From assembly GCA_041178085.1 (NCBI GenBank), contig JBEGVZ010000033.1, positions 1-13,703 on the forward strand: a stretch of DNA of 13,703 bases, written 5' to 3'. This stretch comes from Pseudomonadota bacterium (GTDB lineage Bacteria; Bdellovibrionota_B; Oligoflexia; Oligoflexales; RGVZ01). The position numbers and the translations under genes were made by a program. The notes beneath the pieces are model-generated. The model saw nothing but the letters and a program-made list of their open reading frames with translations. It was not told where the DNA came from and did no database searches. This document shows positions 7,152 through 13,703 of the stretch, piece by piece. Position 1 is the stretch's first letter. The number at the start of each line of letters is the position of its first letter.

Positions 7152-8363
7152 TTGGCTGATTTGAACGTCCAATTACCGACCCGGAGCCGGATCGAGCGAG
7201 CCCAGCAAAGGGCACGTGAGTTCGTTCTGGCCTGTCGCACGGGCGAGACTGAATTCAGCCTCACCAGGGGTGGTTCAAGTTCCTGTTTTTCAAGGTGTTT
7301 CGGCCTTTTCAACATTCACCTGCTGGGTCTGGGCCACGAAATCTCAGGGCTGGAAGCCACCCTGGCTGCGCGAATCTGCGCGGATCTTGACGAGACCCTT
7401 GCCAAACGCAAAGCCCAGGGAGCTGACCCCAGACAGGATAAACACTACCTGCAGCTTCTGACGTTTTCCCTGAGTGCCTTGGCGACCATCGGCAAAGTTG
7501 CTGACGCGCCGCTGGAAGACCACATCAAGCCCTTGCTGTTAAACGCCGACAACCTGGATAACTTCCTGACCCAGGCGGGCGTCTTCGAGGGGCGCGCAAC
7601 ATCGGGCAATCTCGCCATGTTCCATGCGATCCTGCTCTGGCACGCACAGATTTACCTGGGACTCGACACCTCCAGCGCAATCTCCAAATGGAATGACCTG
7701 CACTTGCAGAGGCGAAACCGGTTTGGCTTCTGGGGAAGTAGTTCAAACATGACCTACCTGCAGTTCCAAAACGGGTTCCACCAGTACGAGATGCTAAACT
7801 ACCCCACCCTGAGGCTAGACGAAGGTGCGGAGCTCGCCGCCCGCAACGCCGCGCTCATGGCGGACCGTGCTGGACAGTTTGCGCCGTATCCGGGCGGTGG
7901 CGGTTGCTATGACTTCGATGCGGTCGCGCTGATAGCTGCGTCCAAAAACTCCCGCAAGTACGCGCCACTGTTGACCCGGACACTCGATACAATTTTGTCC
8001 GCGCAAAACGATGACGGTGGTTTCTGTGAGTCGCGTATTGTCCGTCCGCGATCGCCAAAAAACCTGTTCCGCCAAATCGCTCACTGCATCCGCCCTGAAA
8101 AACCGGGAGCGACTGAACGGTTGCGCTACTTCGCCACATTACAGCGACCCAGGCACGACATTGTCACGACCCATTGGACGAGTCGTCACCGCCGGTGGGA
8201 TGAATCAGACCTTTGGGATACCTGGTTTCGTTTGATGGCAATCGCGACCATCGACAAAGTTCTCGCAGCAGGCAGCGGCGTCACATGGCGATTCATCGAC
8301 TATCCCGGGATAGGGTATAAGCCGGACGTTCCGAAGACGCAAACTCCGGAGCGAAATGCGTGA
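7152..8363 (+). CDS. Uncharacterised protein, probable alpha/alpha-barrel (prenyltransferase/squalene-cyclase repeat-like)
   Basis: Long ORF with repeat-like segments LQRRNRFGFWG, LMADRAGQF and ILSAQNDDGGF (QxxDGGF at 8004-8024), plus GGGCYDFDAV and ESDLWDTWFR. The start is uncertain: ATG 6999 overlaps legB and ATG 7083 lies inside the candidate promoter, so TTG 7152 or 7161 is preferred. The stop overlaps the next GTG start (GTGA). Confidence 0.7.
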   Translation: MADLNVQLPTRSRIERAQQRAREFVLACRTGETEFSLTRGGSSSCFSRCFGLFNIHLLGLGHEISGLEATLAARICADLDETLAKRKAQGADPRQDKHYLQLLTFSLSALATIGKVADAPLEDHIKPLLLNADNLDNFLTQAGVFEGRATSGNLAMFHAILLWHAQIYLGLDTSSAISKWNDLHLQRRNRFGFWGSSSNMTYLQFQNGFHQYEMLNYPTLRLDEGAELAARNAALMADRAGQFAPYPGGGGCYDFDAVALIAASKNSRKYAPLLTRTLDTILSAQNDDGGFCESRIVRPRSPKNLFRQIAHCIRPEKPGATERLRYFATLQRPRHDIVTTHWTSRHRRWDESDLWDTWFRLMAIATIDKVLAAGSGVTWRFIDYPGIGYKPDVPKTQTPERNA

Positions 8364-9478
8364 AGGAAACCACCGGTAAAAATCTTTTTGTCATTGTCCC
8401 GCAACATGTCCCGAGCGGCCCAGTAAAAGGCGCCCTGGCAATATGCAACTACCTTTGTGACTACATGCCAGTGACATTTGTGGCGGTCAAAACCCCTGTG
8501 CAGCAGGACGGAACCCTCCGCCCGGAAGTCCGCACCCTGAGCCTTGCCGAGGGCAAAGGCATCTTCCAAAAGGCGCGCATGTTCCGTACAGCGCTGGCAG
8601 CCGCTGGTGGCAGAAAACAAAACGTTTCCCTGTCGATGTGTTTCGCAGCGGACTTGGTGAACTTATTTGCAGCGGGACTGGCAACGCGCATCACCAGTGT
8701 TCGCGGCAACCTGCTCCGCAACTACGCTGGTGATTACGGCCCCGCGGGAATCCCCTTTGCCATCGTGCATTTGTTGATGCTGCACGGCATGGACCTGGTC
8801 CTCTCCATGTCAGACGCCATGACCCGCCAACTCCGGCTTTTTGGTCACTTCGGCACAAGGCTCATAAGAAATTTCATCGACGAGGATGCCGCTGCCAGGG
8901 ACGCGGAATCAAACGCAGATATGCGCGCCCCGACACCAACGAAGGAGGCGGACGGCGAAATCACTTTCGCTTTCCTTGGTAGTCTTACCCGACGCAAACG
9001 CCCCGAACTCGTGATCGACACCGTCGCAAAACTGCAAGGGGCCAGGATCCCGTCGCGTGCCGTCATGGTGGGCAGCGGACCACTCGCGGCGCAGCTTGCA
9101 AAATACGCTGAGTACCGAGGAGTGAGCGACCGGATACGTTTTGCCGGCCAGGTCAGGAATCCCTTGCCGGAACTGAAGCACTGCGACTACTTGTTGTTGC
9201 CATCATCTTCGGAGGGCGTACCCCGGGCGGCACTCGAAAGCTTGTTTGTGGGTGTCCCCTGTATTCTCAGGGATGTTGATGCAAACCGGGAATTGATTCG
9301 CGAAGGCCGGACTGGATTGCTGTTCAAAGACGACGAAGAACTCAGCCATGTGGTCATGCAAGCCGCCACCGCTCACCAGCGGTCCGCCCAAGTGCACAAG
9401 GACATTCTGCTACCGGCTGAATACCGGCAAGCAAACAATTGCAAACAGCTCCTGGAGATCCTCCTGAATGGGAAATGA
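8360..9478 (+). CDS. Glycosyltransferase family 4 (GT-B, retaining)
   Basis: N-terminal SGP loop, FLGSLTRRKR, VGSGP, RIRFAGQ, LLPSSSEGVPRAALES (EX7E), GVPCI, RELIREGRTGLLF. GGAG RBS at 8348-8351. Confidence 0.92.
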   Translation: MKETTGKNLFVIVPQHVPSGPVKGALAICNYLCDYMPVTFVAVKTPVQQDGTLRPEVRTLSLAEGKGIFQKARMFRTALAAAGGRKQNVSLSMCFAADLVNLFAAGLATRITSVRGNLLRNYAGDYGPAGIPFAIVHLLMLHGMDLVLSMSDAMTRQLRLFGHFGTRLIRNFIDEDAAARDAESNADMRAPTPTKEADGEITFAFLGSLTRRKRPELVIDTVAKLQGARIPSRAVMVGSGPLAAQLAKYAEYRGVSDRIRFAGQVRNPLPELKHCDYLLLPSSSEGVPRAALESLFVGVPCILRDVDANRELIREGRTGLLFKDDEELSHVVMQAATAHQRSAQVHKDILLPAEYRQANNCKQLLEILLNGK

Positions 9479-10052
9479 ATCCTTTGAAAATTACACTCTT
9501 TACCTGCAGCAGACGAGCCGGCTCGGAAATATTTATCGCCGGCATTTGCTATTCCCTCGCTTGTGTAAACACTTGATCGGCAGGACTCTAGACATAGGGT
9601 GTGGTGTGGGCGAGCTGCTTGCATATCGAAGCCGCACGGTCGGCATCGATATCAATCCCCACAACATTGAAATTTGCAAGCAGAGGGGCCTTGAGGCCCA
9701 GGTGATTGAAAATGGCCGCTACCCGGCAGACGACGCAACATTCGACTCAGCGATCGCCAACCATGTCATCGAACACCTTCCAGACCCAGGCCCACTTCTG
9801 TCCGAGGCATACCGGGTACTAAAAACGGGCGGAATCCTGATGCTGGGTGTCCCGGGAGTGAAAGGGTTTAACTCTGACCCGGACCACAAAGTTTATTACG
9901 ACCTAGAGAAACTCACCAACTGCGTCGTGGCGCATGGATTCTCCGTATCAGACCACTTTTACATGCCCTTACCAGTTTTGGTGTTGACCGGTTATTTGCG
10001 TCAGTTCAGCCTCTACTTGATCTGCAAAAAGACCGCAAAACCTGCGCACTGA
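9468..10052 (+). CDS. Class I SAM-dependent methyltransferase
   Basis: LDIGCGVG motif I, GIDIN, FDSAIANHVIEHLPDP, EAYRVLKTGG. GGAGA RBS upstream and an 11-nt overlap with the GT4 gene. Confidence 0.9.
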   Translation: MGNESFENYTLYLQQTSRLGNIYRRHLLFPRLCKHLIGRTLDIGCGVGELLAYRSRTVGIDINPHNIEICKQRGLEAQVIENGRYPADDATFDSAIANHVIEHLPDPGPLLSEAYRVLKTGGILMLGVPGVKGFNSDPDHKVYYDLEKLTNCVVAHGFSVSDHFYMPLPVLVLTGYLRQFSLYLICKKTAKPAH

Positions 10053-10077
10053 TTTTTCACCTGCCCCGGAGAACCCT

Positions 10078-10827
10078 TTGGTCACGAACCTCACAAGCAT
10101 GGCACGAAAACTTCTCCACAGGGCACTTGGACGGAACACCCCTGAGGCGGACGCCAACAGGATTCGTCAACAGGTTGCAGCACGTTTCTTGCATGGCGAG
10201 GGCATCGAGGTTGGAGCCCTTCACTCTCCGCTGTGGATCCCTTCTTCCGCCAGGGTGCGATATGTAGATCGTTTAAGTGTCGCGGATTTGCGCCTACATT
10301 ACCCGGAGCTCAGTAATCTGCCCTTGGTGGAAGTTGACATCATCGATGACGGTGAGAAGCTGGTGACACTTGCCCCCGCATCCCAGAATTTTGTGATTGC
10401 CAACCACTTCCTGGAACACACCCAAGACCCGATCGGCACAATGAAACGCCATGTTGCCGTACTGAAACCAGGCGGCGTCTTGTACACCGCGGTTCCAGAC
10501 AAGCGTTGGACATTCGATATGAATCGTCCGGAAACCACTCTCGATCATCTGATCAAGGATCACGATCTCGGTCCGGCATGGTCCTACGAAGACCATGTCC
10601 GTGAGTATGCGGGATTGGTGGATTGCCTTGCGGGGCAGGCGCTGGAGGATCGCGTCCGCTTCATCAAAGAAACCGCCTACAGCATCCACTTCCATGTCTG
10701 GTCCGCATCGTCCTACCGGGCCTTCCTCGAGCATTTGTGCGGTCCGGCCGGATTACCGCTCGAAATCGTGCATTTCCAGACGAATCCAGGGCGAGCTGAA
10801 ACCATCGCCGTCATGCGCAGGACATGA
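10078..10827 (+). CDS. SAM-dependent methyltransferase-like protein (polysaccharide-locus type)
   Basis: GEGIEVGALHSP, RYVD, NFVIANHFLEHxxDPI, VLKPGGVLY, VPDKRWTFD, HFHVW. TTG start with GGAGA 5 nt upstream; alternative ATG at 10099. Confidence 0.82.
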   Translation: MVTNLTSMARKLLHRALGRNTPEADANRIRQQVAARFLHGEGIEVGALHSPLWIPSSARVRYVDRLSVADLRLHYPELSNLPLVEVDIIDDGEKLVTLAPASQNFVIANHFLEHTQDPIGTMKRHVAVLKPGGVLYTAVPDKRWTFDMNRPETTLDHLIKDHDLGPAWSYEDHVREYAGLVDCLAGQALEDRVRFIKETAYSIHFHVWSASSYRAFLEHLCGPAGLPLEIVHFQTNPGRAETIAVMRRT

Positions 10828-10831
10828 GCCA

Positions 10832-12199
10832 ATGAGAGTACCCCTGCGGTTTGCCCTTCCGTTCCTGGGTCTTCTTGCGACCATCCATTTGACTGCGATT
10901 GTCGCTGCATCGACCAACCTACCCTTAATGGACGAATGGGAAATGCTGGCTCCAGGCGGGCTGGACAGAACCCTGAACTGGCGGTGGGTTTTTGCCGCTC
11001 ACAACGAGCACCGGATCGTCTTCACCAAACTAATCACCTGGGTTCTTTACAAGGCCAATGGATGGCATCATGTGGCCAACCTTGTGTTCAATTTTTTCTT
11101 GTATATTTTGACAATCGCAGCATTTCTCTTTTTACTGCGCACGATCAAGCAATCCAGCGCGGGTCTGCAAAAAAAAGGGATAGGATTTGATGAAATTGGC
11201 TGGGCGACTCTCGCGTTGTCCGGTCTCGCCTGGGAAAATCACTCGTGGGGTTTCCAGAACCAGTTTCACCTGTTTCTACTATTCTTTTTCCTTGGTTCCG
11301 CCTTTGCCATCCGGGGGCCTGATAAATTGCAGATCTGGTTAGCCGCATCGCTTGCGATTTGCAGCGCCTGGTCTTTCTCATCTGGTGTTGTCTGTGCACT
11401 TGCCATTGCCGCGCTAATCGCCTGGAGGGGTATCGTTGGCTCACTTGCTTGGCGCAAGATCACGCCCCAACTGATTTTAATTCTTGCAGCGATAACCCTG
11501 TGGGTCGCAGGTTTTCAAAAAAACCCAGGACATCCCGCCTACAGCTGGCCCACGGGGAACCATTTCTGGGGACACTTTTTGACAATGCTGGGCAGCGGAT
11601 GGGGTCTGAAGTCTGTTTTGAAGGTCCCGGTGGCAGCTGTGGTTTTAGGCCTGGTTCTTTTCCAGTTGTCCCTGGTCGCCATGTCATTGATAAAATCAAA
11701 CAAAAGCAACTCCAGAAAACAGCATCAGCAATGGTTGGGCGCGATCTTGTTTACCTGTTCTGGACTTATTGCCACAGCCGCCTTGACATCTCTTGCAAGG
11801 GGGCAATTCGGAAGGGAACAGGCGGAGTCCTCCAGGTACACGGAGTTTACCTTTTTCTTGTTACCCCTCGCTTGGACTATTTTCACATCCGGCCCCAAGG
11901 AAGGGTTTAGAAGTCACATCAACACCCGACAAGCTTGGATAATCAAAGCCATTATTGGCCTGCTGCTGGTGTGGAGTTTTGCTCCATACTACGATTACAG
12001 AAAGGTTTATCAGTGGCATTCGGACCAAATGGCTGCAGGGCGCAAGTGTGTCGCCACTTTCTACGCACAAAACACTGCGGCAACAGCGTCATGCTCGACG
12101 CTTTACCTGGCACCGATAGAGGCGCAGTTGCTCCGGGCGAGGGAACTTAACCTTGCATTTACCGCGGAATACGGGATTAATCAGGGGGTTACCCCCTGA
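10832..12199 (+). CDS. Polytopic membrane protein, putative GT-C-fold glycosyltransferase
   Basis: About 10-12 hydrophobic segments by eye. Acidic PLMDEW motif right after TM1, then HNEHRI, GFQNQF and a late SSRY motif. The start is moved to ATG 10832 because the ORF-track extension from 10595 overlaps the methyltransferase. Confidence 0.65.
   Translation: MRVPLRFALPFLGLLATIHLTAIVAASTNLPLMDEWEMLAPGGLDRTLNWRWVFAAHNEHRIVFTKLITWVLYKANGWHHVANLVFNFFLYILTIAAFLFLLRTIKQSSAGLQKKGIGFDEIGWATLALSGLAWENHSWGFQNQFHLFLLFFFLGSAFAIRGPDKLQIWLAASLAICSAWSFSSGVVCALAIAALIAWRGIVGSLAWRKITPQLILILAAITLWVAGFQKNPGHPAYSWPTGNHFWGHFLTMLGSGWGLKSVLKVPVAAVVLGLVLFQLSLVAMSLIKSNKSNSRKQHQQWLGAILFTCSGLIATAALTSLARGQFGREQAESSRYTEFTFFLLPLAWTIFTSGPKEGFRSHINTRQAWIIKAIIGLLLVWSFAPYYDYRKVYQWHSDQMAAGRKCVATFYAQNTAATASCSTLYLAPIEAQLLRARELNLAFTAEYGINQGVTP
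12181..12199 (+). terminator. GC-rich inverted repeat overlapping the stop codon; possible weak terminator or mRNA-stabilising hairpin
   Basis: TCAGGGGGT-T-ACCCCCTGA (perfect 9-bp arms), followed by ACTTTCT, which is only a weak U tract. Confidence 0.35.
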
Positions 12200-12229
12200 A
12201 CTTTCTACTGATCCCGGGGAGTTGTGCGC

Positions 12230-13297
12230 ATGCGAATCTTAATCACTGGCGGGGCCGGTTTTGTTGGTTCCTCTCTCGCTCGCACGTTCAAATCCGACGG
12301 CGCAGAGGTCGTCACGTTTGACAACCTGCGACGGCGCGGGTCTGAGCGCAACGTCATCGACTTCCAGAGTCGCGGGATCGAGTTTATTCACGGCGACATC
12401 CGTAACGCCGCGGATGTGGATTCAATAACGGGTAATTTTGACCTGGTGATCGACGCGTCTGCGGAACCCAGTGTCCTTGCTGGCACTGACGGCAACGCCA
12501 TCCGTTACCTGAACGACACCAACCTTAACGGCACGTTGAATTGCCTTGAATTCGTCCGAACGCGCAAATCGAAGTTGATCTTTTTGAGTACCAGCCGGGT
12601 TTATGCCATCAAGGCCCTTCAGGAAATCAAACTCCGCGAGGAAACGACCCGCTTTCAAATTAGCGAGACCGGCAACTTGCCCGGCCTTTCCTTGGAGGGA
12701 GTCACGGAGGATTTTCCCGTTGTGGGGCAAGGATTTCGCTCGCTCTACGGTGCGACCAAACTTGCATCAGAGCTCTTTGTTGAGGAATACGCTCAGACCT
12801 TCAACATGCCAGCTGTCATCAACCGCTGCGGCGTGATCGCAGGCCCCGGCCAGTTTGGTAAAACCGATCAGGGTGTCTTTACGATGTGGGTGGCCCGTCA
12901 CTTGTGGCCAAAAGGCCTGCAGTACACAGGATTTGGCGGTCAGGGAAAACAGGTGCGGGATTTGCTGCACCCTTCTGATTTGCACGAATTGTTGAAACTA
13001 CAAATCAAGGCCCTGCCAGACCTTCGCGGCGAAACGTTCGTTGCGGCTGGAGGTCAAAAGGGATCGGCAAGCCTTTGCGAGTTTACGGCTATCTGCCGCG
13101 AGGTCACGGGCAACGCTCCAGAGATTGCCAGCAACCCCCAAACGGCGACGGTCGACGTACCGTTTTTTGTTGGTGATTCAACCAAGTGTAAAAAAACGTT
13201 TGGCTGGGCACCGAAAGCAACACCTGAGACGATCGTAAAAGACATCGCTGGCTGGCTGCGCAGCGATGAAACCAATTTGAAACCGCTTTTTGCGTGA
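12230..13297 (+). CDS. NAD-dependent epimerase, CDP-paratose 2-epimerase (RfbE/Tyv)-like SDR
   Basis: ITGGAGFVG, DNLRRRGSERN, SAEPSVLAG, STSRVY, YGATK, NRCGVIAGPGQFGKTDQG, GFGGQGKQVRDLLH. ATG 12230 is preferred over GTG 12224 on GGGGAG spacing. Confidence 0.88.
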   Translation: MRILITGGAGFVGSSLARTFKSDGAEVVTFDNLRRRGSERNVIDFQSRGIEFIHGDIRNAADVDSITGNFDLVIDASAEPSVLAGTDGNAIRYLNDTNLNGTLNCLEFVRTRKSKLIFLSTSRVYAIKALQEIKLREETTRFQISETGNLPGLSLEGVTEDFPVVGQGFRSLYGATKLASELFVEEYAQTFNMPAVINRCGVIAGPGQFGKTDQGVFTMWVARHLWPKGLQYTGFGGQGKQVRDLLHPSDLHELLKLQIKALPDLRGETFVAAGGQKGSASLCEFTAICREVTGNAPEIASNPQTATVDVPFFVGDSTKCKKTFGWAPKATPETIVKDIAGWLRSDETNLKPLFA

Positions 13298-13309
13298 GAG
13301 ACACAGACC

Positions 13310-13703
13310 ATGAGTATTGCGATTGTCACCGGTTCATCCGGACTGATAGGAAGTGAAACCGTACGTGCCCTCCACGCCAAAGGCTTTGATGTTGTCGGCG
13401 TCGACAATAACATGCGCGCGTACTTCTTTGGTGCAGACGGATCAACGGACTGGGCAGCGAAGGAACTGACAAAGGCCCTGCCCAAGTACACGCATGTCAG
13501 CATCGACATCCGGGATCAAGACGCCGTCAACAAGCTCTTCACCAAGTACGGCAACTCAACCAGCATCGTGGTGCACTGCGCGGCACAACCCTCCCACGAC
13601 TGGGCAGCGAAAGAGCCGGTGACGGACTTCGGCGTCAACGCTTTGGCCACACTCTATTTGCTTGAAGCGACGCGCCACAACTGCCCCGACGCCACGTTTA
13701 TTT
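13310..13703 (+). CDS. Second CDP-paratose 2-epimerase-like SDR (3' end outside window)
   Basis: Not in the ORF track; translated by hand: MSIAIVTGSSGLIGSETV...VGVDNNMRAYFFG...DIRD...VHCAAQPSHDWAAKEPVTDFGVNALATLYLLEATRHNCPDATFI, open to the window edge. Confidence 0.88.
   Translation, partial: MSIAIVTGSSGLIGSETVRALHAKGFDVVGVDNNMRAYFFGADGSTDWAAKELTKALPKYTHVSIDIRDQDAVNKLFTKYGNSTSIVVHCAAQPSHDWAAKEPVTDFGVNALATLYLLEATRHNCPDATFI

Noticed and set aside
10595..10831. Extension of the membrane protein ORF, suggesting a frameshifted fusion with the methyltransferase
   Set aside because: The methyltransferase ends normally at 10827 and an ATG follows at 10832. The extension is low-complexity off-frame sequence.
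11168..11177. Homopolymer A runs (also near 995-1000 and 11517-11523) as phase-variation tracts
   Set aside because: The runs are short (under 10 nt), encode ordinary Lys or Phe codons, and the frames are intact.
11040..12010. T-rich, apparently lower-GC stretch suggesting horizontal acquisition
   Set aside because: Adequately explained by hydrophobic codons in a membrane protein; no flanking repeats or mobility genes seen.
13054..13509. 151-aa minus-strand ORF
   Set aside because: Antisense shadow across the two epimerase genes.

Overview
Bacterial surface-glycan (LPS/capsule/glycoprotein) locus made of two divergent operons that meet at ~7049-7151. The minus-strand operon is a nonulosonic-acid pathway: LegB-type 4,6-dehydratase, NeuB synthase, an extra SDR epimerase/reductase, hydrolysing 2-epimerase NeuC, CBS-nucleotidyltransferase (LegX/PtmE type), CMP-synthetase NeuA, and a KpsS/Capsule_synth-like transferase that runs off the left edge and is missing from the ORF track. 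The plus-strand operon encodes an alpha/alpha-barrel-like protein of unknown function, a GT4 glycosyltransferase, two SAM methyltransferases, a GT-C-like membrane protein and two tandem CDP-paratose 2-epimerase-like SDRs (the second is truncated by the right edge). The main point of interest is that the nonulosonate operon looks hybrid. It has legionaminic-acid front-end enzymes but no aminotransferase or acetyltransferase in the window, an extra putative 4-ketoreductase, and NeuB/NeuA that resemble true sialic-acid (Neu5Ac) enzymes. By inference this points to a 5-acetamido-3,5,9-trideoxy-nonulosonic acid (9-deoxy-Neu5Ac-like). I saw no RNA genes, mobile elements or CRISPR arrays. Family assignments come from motif recognition by eye, not database searches.
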